From a virus (taxonomy: Duplodnaviria; Caudoviricetes), in the IMG/VR virus record IMGVR_UViG_3300025502_000066, positions 1 to 37,242 of that record: a DNA stretch of 37,242 bases; one strand, written 5' to 3'. A model generated the notes under the pieces. It ran no database searches, was not told where the DNA came from, and saw only the letters and a list, made by a program, of their open reading frames with translations. Positions 9,089-17,823 of this stretch are shown here, piece by piece. A program made the translations under genes and the position numbers. The first letter of the stretch is position 1, and each line of letters starts with the position of its first letter.

Positions 9089-9549
9089 AGTCCGTCCTCC
9101 TTTGCTTTTACTCTGCGAATTCTCTCGCGTTTATTGTGACAGTTCCTACACACCCGGTACTCCTTATAGGTTACCCGTGTACTCGCGTCATCGTACAAGT
9201 GGCCGCTTGGGCAGTGAGTTTTTGCTACGCTGACATGGGTTTTGTGCGTAACGGAGTCCCGGATGTTCTCTTTCTGTGTTCCCCAGTATAGATTCTCCAA
9301 GTGATTATTGAGCTTGTCGCCGTTACGATGCAGACCCAACTCCTTGCCTTCTGGGGGATTGCCGAGAAACGCCATAAGCACTAAGCGATGAATCTTATAG
9401 TCACGTTTGGGCTTTCTTAGCGTAACCCTGACATAGCCAAACTTATCTACGCCACCCATGTTTCGCATACTTCCCGTGTTACGCACCCTGCCGTGGCTGC
9501 TTACTTCATAGCAGTTTTCGTATCCCACGACAGGTAGCCACTTTTCCAT
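9073..9549 (-). CDS. NUMOD4-HNH homing endonuclease
   Basis: EKWLPVVGYENCYEVSSHGRVR (NUMOD4); HRLV..H.NGDKLNN..ENL (HNH); C-terminal CPSGH..CRNC. Confidence 0.9.
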   Translation of the reverse strand: MEKWLPVVGYENCYEVSSHGRVRNTGSMRNMGGVDKFGYVRVTLRKPKRDYKIHRLVLMAFLGNPPEGKELGLHRNGDKLNNHLENLYWGTQKENIRDSVTHKTHVSVAKTHCPSGHLYDDASTRVTYKEYRVCRNCHNKRERIRRVKAKEDGLCNQN

Positions 9550-10268
9550 TACTCTACAACTCCCGCCTTGAGCTCACCGAGAACCTTGACCAGTACGGAC
9601 TCGTCCTCTTTCCATACTGCCGGCTCTTTGCCACCAGAGATGCGAGTGCCAATCGCGTTCGCCACCGCGCCGGTCAGTTGAGCCTCACCCAGGAACGCTT
9701 TGATTTGATTGAACGTCTGGCCGCCGCCAGCTGCCTGAATCTTCGCGTTAGCGGCGGGCGCCTTGGCCGAAGAAACTGCGGGGTCATCGCCATCGGGGTC
9801 AGGTTCGCCAGTGTCAATGTTGAACGTCAAGATGTTAGCCATCTTCTGTCCCTGAGTTGCCGCCTTGCGTGTTGCCTTATCGCTATTGTCCCCACCTTCG
9901 GGGTACACCACGACGCGGAAGCTCGAGCCATCCACGATGGAAATGTAGTCCACCTGATACCTGACAACTGCCATCGCCACGAAACGGTCAGCTCCAATTC
10001 GACGCTCGACTGCCTGGTACTCAGACATATTGACCTGAGTGATGACACCGTTCTCGTTCATCAGCTTGACAACTGCCCTCAGAATGTCATCATTCTTTGC
10101 GTAAGGGTAGCTGCCTTGAGCGCTCGGCCCCTTGCCATTCTTGGGGATTCTCTCGACGCCCTCTTGAATTTTCGCAATAGCCTGATAGATTTTGGGAACA
10201 CTTGGGCCCGATTTTGGTCGCACGGTCTCCAGTTCTTTCTCGTTTGTTTCCTCGTTCTTTGCTACCAT
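9549..10268 (-). CDS. ERF-family ssDNA annealing protein
   Basis: ATG 10268 after AGGAGG. Motifs IPKNG..YPYA..DI, G.DNSDKATRKAAT, F.IDTGEPDPD. Confidence 0.8.
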   Translation of the reverse strand: MVAKNEETNEKELETVRPKSGPSVPKIYQAIAKIQEGVERIPKNGKGPSAQGSYPYAKNDDILRAVVKLMNENGVITQVNMSEYQAVERRIGADRFVAMAVVRYQVDYISIVDGSSFRVVVYPEGGDNSDKATRKAATQGQKMANILTFNIDTGEPDPDGDDPAVSSAKAPAANAKIQAAGGGQTFNQIKAFLGEAQLTGAVANAIGTRISGGKEPAVWKEDESVLVKVLGELKAGVVE

Positions 10269-10278
10269 TTTCTTCCTC

Positions 10279-10941
10279 CTATTTGTGTAGTAACTTGCCT
10301 TCACGCCAGGTCTGGCCACCCCATACCCCAACCTCGGGGCGCGAAGCGACTGCGAATCTATCACAGTCAACTAACACAGGGCAACCGACACACATTTTGT
10401 ATGCGTTTTCTTTTGTTGGCGCGTCCTCTTCCTCATAGTCAATCCAAGGTCCAGGATTGTCAGCACACTTGGCCTTGTTGCGTAGCATCGCGGCCTGTAG
10501 CGCGTCGCTCATTCTCTCAGCCCGCTTATTGAGCTTCAAGTACATGAGTGCGTTGTCTTCCTTGCCAGTACCAATCATCTCGTCAGACTTATCCGCTGCC
10601 CTGCGTGCGGAATGGAGCGCGGACTTAGATTGGTTCCTGTCCCGTTTGTCTCTCAGGTGCTCGGCGTCGGCATCTTTCTTTGCTTGATACCTTCTTGTGC
10701 CGCCGTTCTGACACTCACGACAAGCGTAGCTAATTCCACCAGGGTTCTTCTTCTCCATAAGATTGTCGCCGATAATGACGTGACCATACCGGCAAGTGTC
10801 GCCTGGTTTCTTCCTGCTAAACGGTGGCTGATTGCATTTGGAGCACCTCACCCTTCTCTTGCCCGAGTTGTTGTAATACTGAATGTTGTCACCAGATACC
10901 TCGTGACCCTTCTTGCAGGTATCCCCAATCTCAATCGCCAC
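10279..10941 (-). CDS. WhiB-family transcription factor with two N-terminal CxxGH..CxxC modules
   Basis: C-terminal C..CxxCPVxxxC..GVWGG. Confidence 0.85.
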   Translation of the reverse strand: MAIEIGDTCKKGHEVSGDNIQYYNNSGKRRVRCSKCNQPPFSRKKPGDTCRYGHVIIGDNLMEKKNPGGISYACRECQNGGTRRYQAKKDADAEHLRDKRDRNQSKSALHSARRAADKSDEMIGTGKEDNALMYLKLNKRAERMSDALQAAMLRNKAKCADNPGPWIDYEEEDAPTKENAYKMCVGCPVLVDCDRFAVASRPEVGVWGGQTWREGKLLHK

Positions 10942-12316
10942 GCTTCTCCTTTAGGGTCTTGTTCATCTCAATGGCTTTTGTCACTTGGGAGCTTAGTACC
11001 CCGGAGTCATACGTGTCAATGGCAATTATCTCCACAGACCGCACCGTTCTATCCTGGCCACGCCGGTGAACACGTGCCGCCACTTGCTCATTGAGAATCC
11101 TATTGTCGCTCCTATTCAGCCACAACACGTTACGAGTGCCCTGCTGCAAACCATCCACACCTTCCGCGACCGCAGCAATAACCGCAACAACATACTGGCA
11201 CGAACCACTGACAAGAGCCTCCTTAGCTGCTTCCCTATCCGCATTACTCACACCGCCATGCCAAGGCAACGCCGTCTTCCCATCGTTACGCAACCTATTG
11301 ACCACAACGTCAGCAAACTTACGCGAATCAGTCAATATGAGCGCCGACTCACCCTCGAACTCTTCCTCCAAAATATCAAACATCACGTCAATCTTCTGCG
11401 ACTTACAATCATCATCGAAAATAATTTTGTCCTCATCATCCAGAGAAAACAAGCCCAGCGTTGCCTGCCGTAGTCGTGTCCTCAAGCTGATAGGAAACTC
11501 GACCACCAAAGGACGGTCACCTAACCACGTAACCATCTTCTCCTCAAGCTCGTTATACGCCTTACGTTGCTCCCTCGTCAATTCAATATACACTTGAGCT
11601 TCTTCCAACTCCACCTCGAGCTCAGACTCCAACCTGATATAGCACGGTAAAGAATTGAAGTACGCCCCCGGGGTGAGCTCACCCACAACCTTCTTCGCGT
11701 TTGGAGAAAAGTGGTCGTACTCGGTCGAACACCACACATCCACCCACCTCCAAAACGAATTGTCAACCTCCTTGGGCCACAACCACTTCGTTACGGCCCA
11801 CGCCCCGGTGAAACTATTGCCCGTTGGCGTGCCAGACATGGCCATCTTGAAACCAGCCTTGACTTGCTTGAGTGTCTTATGAGTCTTGCTCTTACGATTC
11901 TGGGCACGATGCACTTCATCAAACAATGCAACATCGGGAACGTGAGCCCACATAGTGCTGCGGGCCTTACCATCCCAGCCGAGTCTCACAAACAACTCAA
12001 CCCCCACGAAGTAAATACCTGGTAGCTGCCACGCCCAATCAGCCTTAGCCGCCGCCCCCGCCTTTGTAGAGTTTATCCACTTGAACGGGAGCGTCGAACC
12101 CTGGCCGGCGAAACGTTGCGACCACGCTAACCTCGTGTTCAAAGGGGCAATGAGCAGTATTGTTTCAGCACCCAAACCCATCGCCACCTCCACAGCCTTC
12201 AACGTCTTACCCGTGCCCATATCTGATGCGTTAAGAGCTGCCAACGTAGGCTCTGTCACCATTTTTTGGATGGCGGATAGTTGGTCCGGTGTTGGCACTA
12301 ATTTCTCCGGTGGCAT
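10931..12316 (-). CDS. SF2 (SNF2-like) DNA helicase
   Basis: DMGTGKT, DEVH, SGTP, EGVDGLQ, QVAARVHRRGQ. Confidence 0.9.
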   Translation of the reverse strand: MPPEKLVPTPDQLSAIQKMVTEPTLAALNASDMGTGKTLKAVEVAMGLGAETILLIAPLNTRLAWSQRFAGQGSTLPFKWINSTKAGAAAKADWAWQLPGIYFVGVELFVRLGWDGKARSTMWAHVPDVALFDEVHRAQNRKSKTHKTLKQVKAGFKMAMSGTPTGNSFTGAWAVTKWLWPKEVDNSFWRWVDVWCSTEYDHFSPNAKKVVGELTPGAYFNSLPCYIRLESELEVELEEAQVYIELTREQRKAYNELEEKMVTWLGDRPLVVEFPISLRTRLRQATLGLFSLDDEDKIIFDDDCKSQKIDVMFDILEEEFEGESALILTDSRKFADVVVNRLRNDGKTALPWHGGVSNADREAAKEALVSGSCQYVVAVIAAVAEGVDGLQQGTRNVLWLNRSDNRILNEQVAARVHRRGQDRTVRSVEIIAIDTYDSGVLSSQVTKAIEMNKTLKEKRGD

Positions 12317-12533
12317 AATCTAAATCCCCCTCCCCATCCCAATAATCGTAATCATTATCTTCACTTTCCGTGAAACGTACCGTTTTTTTCTTACTTTGTT
12401 GCCTATTGTCTTTCATCTCTTCGGTCTCTATCGGCACAATGTGTGCAGTGAAAACGAAGATAATGGGGAACGCCATCGCTGCCGGCATCACGCCCAACAA
12501 GAACACAATAGTGAGGAAAGTTTGCAGCGTCAC
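12231..12533 (-). CDS. small membrane protein
   Basis: GTG 12533 in a GTGA overlap; N-terminal TM segment and acidic tail. Overlaps the helicase start by 86 nt. Confidence 0.5.
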   Translation of the reverse strand: MTLQTFLTIVFLLGVMPAAMAFPIIFVFTAHIVPIETEEMKDNRQQSKKKTVRFTESEDNDYDYWDGEGDLDYATGEISANTGPTIRHPKNGDRAYVGSS

Positions 12534-13054
12534 CAGTCGCGACCCCGCATCCACATAATTGCCTCCTCGTAGTAGAAACCTTCTTTGACCCCATCGAGCA
12601 CAGCCACCACATCGTTACGTTTCGTAAAGTCACCGTTCCACAACGGGGTGATAGCCATAAACATCTTGACCCCATCATCGAACTCTTTATATTCGAACCG
12701 TGCGGAACCGTTCACCGTGAGAGGCCCATGGTTAAGGTATGTCACACTTAGCACCCCATATTCTGTTTCAAAGGTGTAGCACGAATCCAGCGGGTTAGCG
12801 CCCACAATCTGCGCGACCGCCTCCGTCCGCCCCAAAGACTTACTCACAGTATGGTAGTCACTTGTCCCCAAAGCCCTCAGAATGGCCGCCTTGGACTCGC
12901 CACTATTGTGTGCGAACCTCACCGCTATATCAATCTGAGTGTGAAGATTAGATAACTCGGACTTCATCTGGAGACGCAACCGTTGCTCCAGTGTTGTCTT
13001 AGCTATCACATATGCTTGCTTCGATTTGCTTACCGCATCTAATTCTGCGCTCAC
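12530..13054 (-). CDS. hypothetical protein (possible HTH)
   Basis: GTG 13054 in a GTGA overlap; GESKAAILRALGTSDYHTV is HTH-like. Confidence 0.65.
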   Translation of the reverse strand: MSAELDAVSKSKQAYVIAKTTLEQRLRLQMKSELSNLHTQIDIAVRFAHNSGESKAAILRALGTSDYHTVSKSLGRTEAVAQIVGANPLDSCYTFETEYGVLSVTYLNHGPLTVNGSARFEYKEFDDGVKMFMAITPLWNGDFTKRNDVVAVLDGVKEGFYYEEAIMWMRGRDW

Positions 13055-13299
13055 TGGTTCCACTGCCCTTCTGCTATACGTTGTGCGTCCTCGAACGCTT
13101 CGTTGTCTTTTGCCATGTCTTCCATCACTCGCTTGTCCACGTAGAACATTACCCACCGCTCGCCCAGCAGCACGCTTAGCTCACCACTTTCATACGAATA
13201 ATCGTGCGTCACGCCCGCGTCCTCGAAGACACCAAACAAATCTGCCAGTAGTACATTGGATTGAATCTTGATTTCATTGACGTTACTTATTTTGCTCAC
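13051..13299 (-). CDS. hypothetical protein
   Basis: GTG 13299 after AAGGAG. Confidence 0.6.
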   Translation of the reverse strand: MSKISNVNEIKIQSNVLLADLFGVFEDAGVTHDYSYESGELSVLLGERWVMFYVDKRVMEDMAKDNEAFEDAQRIAEGQWNQ

Positions 13300-13463
13300 G
13301 ATATGCTCCTTTCCGACCACATCTCTTGATTGATTTCCACGCACGGCATACAGGTCAAGGCAATCGCCATACCAAAACCGTCATGCCCCTCTTCGAACTC
13401 GTCGCCCGGCTCAATGTCCGCCTCGCAACGGTCACAATACATCTCGGCAAGCTTGGCGCCCAT
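13296..13463 (-). CDS. small Zn-ribbon protein, 55 aa
   Basis: MGAKLAEMYCDRC...CMPC. Overlaps both neighbours; not in the ORF track. Confidence 0.6.
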   Translation of the reverse strand: MGAKLAEMYCDRCEADIEPGDEFEEGHDGFGMAIALTCMPCVEINQEMWSERSIS

Positions 13464-13717
13464 CAGACTTCCTCCTCTTCCTCGTTGACAATCTGAGCCA
13501 AAACAACATTCTTCTTCTCTTCCATAGCCGCCATAAGCAACCCCAGCTGAGAATGGTACGGGAGCCCCTCATTATGCTCCACAACGTAACCGTCCGCATT
13601 GTTCATCTCCGGGTGCCGCAACGACACCGAGAGTACCCAGCCGGTAACAATCTCGCCCCCGGTCGCCTGGGCCCTAATGTACTTCTCGACACTGTCATCC
13701 ATTTCTTGCCTGTTCAA
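13463..13717 (-). CDS. hypothetical protein
   Basis: TTG 13717 in a TTGA overlap after AAGGGGGG. Confidence 0.6.
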   Translation of the reverse strand: MNRQEMDDSVEKYIRAQATGGEIVTGWVLSVSLRHPEMNNADGYVVEHNEGLPYHSQLGLLMAAMEEKKNVVLAQIVNEEEEEV

Positions 13718-13986
13718 TGTTCCCCCCTTAGTGTGTAAAGAACAGCACGAACCATGTCGCACTTTTCTACAATCTCACGCTTATTGTGACCCAGCCGGAT
13801 AATAACGTGGAGCTCCCCCGTGTGAGGGTAACGCCACACCACATCCCACCCCTTATCCTCCTTGCTAATGACCCAATCCAGCTCATAATGGGAGGCAAGG
13901 CTCTCCATGTTGTGCTGGGCGCCATTATGCCGCATATGCGACAACAACCGGTTAGCCGCAAACGCAGCATCTTGTCTAGCAGTCAT
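13714..13986 (-). CDS. hypothetical protein
   Basis: ATG 13986 after GAAGAGGG. Confidence 0.6.
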   Translation of the reverse strand: MTARQDAAFAANRLLSHMRHNGAQHNMESLASHYELDWVISKEDKGWDVVWRYPHTGELHVIIRLGHNKREIVEKCDMVRAVLYTLRGEH

Positions 13987-14110
13987 CAGAACCCTCTTCC
14001 TCTTCATCTGAATGGTCGTAATACTTATTGGAACACTCGACACACATGCCAAGCTCCTCCTCGTGCACGTCAGTAGGTATCGGCTCCCCACAGTGGTCAC
14101 ACGGCGTCAT
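13976..14110 (-). CDS. small Zn-ribbon protein
   Basis: MTPCDHCGEP..CVEC. Confidence 0.55.
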   Translation of the reverse strand: MTPCDHCGEPIPTDVHEEELGMCVECSNKYYDHSDEEEEGSDDC

Positions 14111-14120
14111 CTCTTCACCC

Positions 14121-14624
14121 TCACGCTTCGACATACAAAACACCCCTAACCGACTCATAATGGGTTTCCCCACCGCCACCCTCAGATATGCACATAAAGT
14201 GAAAATTGAGCTCCGGGAACATCGCTATCATCTTGACAAACACGAGCTTAGGCTCCCTCCACGCCGTCTTGAACTCATAACGCAACTCGTGGTCACTTGA
14301 CCAATAAGCTTGAACGTCGCACGCATCCCACTTAGTGTCCCAATTCCTCACATTCCAATCAAACCAATGGTTACTCTTCGAGCTGGGAATATCTGGCCGT
14401 TCTTGTGTCGTGTAATACTCCTCCAGAGCCGATATACGCGGGGCAATAAAGTTGAAGAACGACAACGACTGTTCCTGCACAGCGTCCACCCAATCATTCT
14501 GAAACTTGGCCGAATTCCACACTTGATTGCGAACCTTATGCGGGGTCCCCGCCAGTGAAGCGAAAGCCGCCAAACCTTCCTTACTGCCAGTCACATACAC
14601 TGTGTTATCTGTCCACGTAGGCAT
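14121..14624 (-). CDS. DUF1281/YubB-like ferredoxin-fold protein
   Basis: MPxWxxN start, WFDWNVRNWDTKWDA and FKTAW motifs. Confidence 0.7.
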   Translation of the reverse strand: MPTWTDNTVYVTGSKEGLAAFASLAGTPHKVRNQVWNSAKFQNDWVDAVQEQSLSFFNFIAPRISALEEYYTTQERPDIPSSKSNHWFDWNVRNWDTKWDACDVQAYWSSDHELRYEFKTAWREPKLVFVKMIAMFPELNFHFMCISEGGGGETHYESVRGVLYVEA

Positions 14625-14709
14625 ACTCTCTCCCTCAGTTATCTTCCAATGGTTTATGGGAGCAGTTTCACGCCATGCTCAGGGCTTTTCCTCACCACAG
14701 GAAACCTAG

Positions 14710-14880
14710 TTAGCCATCTACCTCCACGTCCTCAGTGATAGTCATAACGAACGCCACGTCCTTGTAGACACTAAGCCCGCTGGACTTAGCCTTCACCGCA
14801 ATCTTCTTCGCCTCCACCTCACTGCGAGCCTTCACCTCATACACGGTCGTCTCCGTATGTCTCACCTGATACTTTGGCAT
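14710..14880 (-). CDS. hypothetical protein, 56 aa
   Basis: MPKYQVRHTETTVYEVKARSEVEA... with GAGGAG RBS. Not in the ORF track. Confidence 0.65.
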   Translation of the reverse strand: MPKYQVRHTETTVYEVKARSEVEAKKIAVKAKSSGLSVYKDVAFVMTITEDVEVDG

Positions 14881-14893
14881 AATCTCTCCTCAT

Positions 14894-14930
14894 AAAAATG
14901 TCGTGTGAAAATTGGAACTGGGGCCTATTG
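14894..14930. repeat. copy 1 of the AAAAyGTCsTGTGAAAATTGGAA motif
   Basis: Same motif at 17056-17078 and 17101-17123. Copies 1 and 3 also share a downstream GCCTATTG. Confidence 0.85.
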
Positions 14931-14958
14931 TTCTCCCTGATACGCGAGCCGGCCTAAC

Positions 14959-15162
14959 TCATATTGCCTCCTCGTATTCTTCCCACGTGTTGTAATACGT
15001 GACACACGATAAGTCCTCCACCGTGCCCCGATAGACCCAGCGGCCCTTCACCGCGCTATAACGCTTCATCTCCCCACAGCGAGCGCACGACCACCAGCCC
15101 CCAGACTCGAACACCAGGTTCGCATGGTTCACCGTGAAAATACGCCCCACAGTGACACTCAC
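14959..15162 (-). CDS. hypothetical protein
   Basis: GTGA overlap; CARC motif. Confidence 0.55.
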   Translation of the reverse strand: MSVTVGRIFTVNHANLVFESGGWWSCARCGEMKRYSAVKGRWVYRGTVEDLSCVTYYNTWEEYEEAI

Positions 15163-15395
15163 AGTCCACCCTCAGCTAACCGTAACGCCGCGTGAGCCCT
15201 AATCTCCGCCGGATTATTACGCTCCAGCCGCGCCCAGTCATCAAAAGCTTTAGACTCCTCCAACTGGCAATCCACGTAAGCATCCCGCGCCGCCGCCAAG
15301 TGCGCCACAGACAACCGATAACGGGCGCCAGCGACCTCCAAAGCCAAACGTTCCTTGTCAGTAAAAATTACCACCGGACTCTCCTCACCAATCAT
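15159..15395 (-). CDS. hypothetical protein
   Basis: ATG 15395 in an ATGA overlap. Confidence 0.6.
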   Translation of the reverse strand: MIGEESPVVIFTDKERLALEVAGARYRLSVAHLAAARDAYVDCQLEESKAFDDWARLERNNPAEIRAHAALRLAEGGL

Positions 15396-15622
15396 ATGCT
15401 CACCCTTCTTACTCTGTTTTCTATCCATCTCTCAACAGCTGAATCATAAACTTCGGGAGTCACGGCCGCAACAATCTCGCTCGCGGAATAACCAAGCCTA
15501 AGACCGTGAGGCAACACAATAGACACGGAAACTCTCCCCTGAGTATCCACCGTCACCTCCGCGGTCCTGTCAATCTCCCGGTCTATTAGGCACCTTTCGT
15601 GCGGCGTAGGCTCGCGACTCAT
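15392..15622 (-). CDS. hypothetical protein
   Basis: ATG 15622 in a TGATG overlap after GGAGG. Confidence 0.6.
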   Translation of the reverse strand: MSREPTPHERCLIDREIDRTAEVTVDTQGRVSVSIVLPHGLRLGYSASEIVAAVTPEVYDSAVERWIENRVRRVSI

Positions 15623-15885
15623 CACCGCACCTCCCCGCCCATAGCCGCCAACACTTGACAGATAGCGGCACACTTGGCTAACACCACACCGTTATTGCTA
15701 CCCAGCCTGGAAACGATTAGTAACGGTGAATCAGTGTCAACACGCCGCCACCCAATCGCGTAATAGTCCTCCACAATGTCCCACGTGAGCCTCCAAGGGC
15801 CCGGCTCGCGCAAGAACGCGCCCTTATCGCGCATCATGTTCACCGTCCTATTCAAAGCACTAAATACTTCATTACGTGTCGTCAT
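15622..15885 (-). CDS. hypothetical protein
   Basis: TAATG overlap. Confidence 0.6.
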   Translation of the reverse strand: MTTRNEVFSALNRTVNMMRDKGAFLREPGPWRLTWDIVEDYYAIGWRRVDTDSPLLIVSRLGSNNGVVLAKCAAICQVLAAMGGEVR

Positions 15886-16058
15886 TATCTTTCCCCCACT
15901 CTAATAAAAGTAAACTTGCCGGCACGAATTACCGGAACCAGCCGGCAACCCTCACAATACGTGTCACCACTGACAAACTCGTACTGTGTCGTCTCGGCGG
16001 CATGAGGCACCCCGCAACGCGAACACACAACCGTCTCACAATCTCCTGCTATGGACAT
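15885..16058 (-). CDS. small Zn-ribbon protein
   Basis: ATG 16058 after GGAGGG; CSRC..CEGC. Confidence 0.6.
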   Translation of the reverse strand: MSIAGDCETVVCSRCGVPHAAETTQYEFVSGDTYCEGCRLVPVIRAGKFTFIRVGER

Positions 16059-16120
16059 AACTTTTCCCTCCATTGTCACCGTGGGGCCCAAGCGGTCGCC
16101 CAGGCCCCCAGAACCATCCC

Positions 16121-16801
16121 CTAACGCAACATCAGGTTAGGTTGAATGAGCACCTTTATTGTCCACTTACCTTCTGTGATGGTGGCCAACACCGGCAACG
16201 GCTTGTTACGGTTGTCGTCCGAGTGAGAAAACTCGAACCTCCACGGCCGTTCCTTAAGCATCCGGTCCATCTCAGGAAACACCACTTTCGCAATCAGGAC
16301 AAACCACTTAACGTTTAGCGCAACCGTTTCCACGCCGTTAGGTGCCTCGGTGGGAAACAACTTTATTACGGGCGGGTATGAACCAAAACTGCGCTCAGAA
16401 TAGAACACTGTCTCGCCCACCTCCACAAACGCTGTCTCACGTTCCCCGTCATACCCGATAGTGGCCCACACCGCCTTGGATGCTTTCACCATCGCCGCCG
16501 CTTGCTTTAGTGCCGGCTGGTCAACCCACAAAGTTTCACCCTCCAGCCAACCCGAACTATTCAGGTCCGCCGCCGCGCCCTGCAACTCGAGCAAAGCGCA
16601 CACGTAACGGTTAGTTGCCACCACCGTCAAGTCCGCACCATCCACACCCGTGCGAGAAAAGTGGAGCCCTTGAATGATAGGTGAAACCTCACGCGGGTTC
16701 TCCGCAAACACAGTCAACGAATTGATACTCAATAACTCTTGAGCTCTCATCGTCAACCGTGAACTCGTGCGTGATGGTGCCATCGTGTCTGTCATCGTCA
16801 T
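16121..16801 (-). CDS. DNA polymerase III beta-clamp-like protein (about two domains)
   Basis: LTVVATNRY and GSYPPVIKLFP resemble the DnaN motifs ATDxxRL and GxYPxxxxxIP. GAGGAGG RBS. Confidence 0.6.
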   Translation of the reverse strand: MTMTDTMAPSRTSSRLTMRAQELLSINSLTVFAENPREVSPIIQGLHFSRTGVDGADLTVVATNRYVCALLELQGAAADLNSSGWLEGETLWVDQPALKQAAAMVKASKAVWATIGYDGERETAFVEVGETVFYSERSFGSYPPVIKLFPTEAPNGVETVALNVKWFVLIAKVVFPEMDRMLKERPWRFEFSHSDDNRNKPLPVLATITEGKWTIKVLIQPNLMLR

Positions 16802-16874
16802 AATGCCTCCTCGTGTAGTGGTGAGCAAAGAAAAGCCTAGGAAGAAACTCCCAAACCTTCCCTCGAATACATTG

Positions 16875-16903
16875 ACATTAGCATAAGGTTATGGTGGTGT
16901 CAA
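16875..16903 (-). promoter_or_regulatory. strong SigA/sigma70-type leftward promoter
   Basis: TTGACA-17 bp-TAATGT with TGn extension and a T-rich UP-like region upstream. Confidence 0.8.
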
Positions 16904-17055
16904 GGACCAAAAAAGAAAAGAACCAAAACCCGGAAAAGAAAAATTGATACATCCAGTAGCATCGAAACAGAATACCTAACGTGTTACTTATAAAGAATGT
17001 TATATATATATAATACTATAATCATAATATAAGGTGTGTTCTGTATAGGGCACCC

Positions 17056-17136
17056 AAAACGTCCTGTGAAAATTGGAAACAGTCACTATAGGAAACCGAA
17101 AAAACGTCGTGTGAAAATTGGAATGAGCGCCTATTG
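17056..17136. repeat. copies 2 and 3 of the 23-bp motif, next to a very AT-rich tract
   Basis: 17056-17078 and 17101-17123; TATATATATATAATACTATAATCATAATAT at about 17001-17030. Confidence 0.85.
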
Positions 17137-17451
17137 CAAACAGATTTTCCTCGCGAAGCTGAAAAAGCTGCCAAAAGCCCTGTACGCCCACCTAACGCCA
17201 CAGAATCAGACAACCGGCCACCAGTACCCGGAACGCCCCAAAAGGTCTTAGCTGGGCGCTGATAGCTCACACGGCCATCGTGGCTGGGGTCACACACGGG
17301 GGCACCATGCCCTGAGCGGTCACTGTAGCCCGGTGGGCGCCATAAAGTAGCCCGGGCGGGTGAACACACCGGCGGGCGGGTTGCGTCGTCTCTGTGCGTC
17401 TCTGGCGGTCCCATGGTCCCCTAACGTCTCTGGCGGTCACCTGACACCCCG

Positions 17452-17480
17452 AAAGCCCCCGGGGGGATTATCCCGGGGGC
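17452..17480 (-). terminator. probable intrinsic terminator
   Basis: GCCCCCGGG/CCCGGGGGC stem followed by TTT on the minus strand, just downstream of the stop at 17498. Confidence 0.55.
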
Positions 17481-17497
17481 AGACTTCGTGCAGGGTG

Positions 17498-17647
17498 TTA
17501 GCGGTCCAAACGGTGGTGGTAGGACCAAACCAGGAGGCCCCACGCCAAGGCGCCCAACGTGAGCAGGACCCACAGTGGCGGTTCCATAAACAGGATGAGG
17601 AACCCGGCGGACACAATGAGCCCCGTGGCCACGTTAAACGCGGTCAC
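17498..17647 (-). CDS. small 2-TM membrane protein
   Basis: GTG 17647 in a GTGA overlap; two hydrophobic helices. Confidence 0.6.
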   Translation of the reverse strand: MTAFNVATGLIVSAGFLILFMEPPLWVLLTLGALAWGLLVWSYHHRLDR

Positions 17648-17823
17648 TCGGCAACCCCCAGCGCGTACTCTGTGCCTATGTCGCCGTAATCGCACACCCA
17701 CAGCTGGGCCTGACGTTCAGTGTCAAACACGCGCACGATACGGGCCCGGGTTTCGTCCCACTCTGCCACGTAAGCGTCGCCGCTTTTGATGGTGGACGAT
17801 GGCCGGCCATAATCGGCGGTCAC
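17644..17823 (-). CDS. hypothetical protein, 59 aa
   Basis: MTADYGRPSSTIKSGDAYVAEWDE... with GTGA overlaps at both ends. Not in the ORF track. Confidence 0.6.
   Translation of the reverse strand: MTADYGRPSSTIKSGDAYVAEWDETRARIVRVFDTERQAQLWVCDYGDIGTEYALGVAE

Noticed and set aside
17022-17450. 130-aa minus-strand ORF and a short CGTCTCTGGCGGTC duplication
   Set aside because: No RBS, low-complexity composition, and it lies downstream of a terminator. The 14-bp repeat is too short to interpret.
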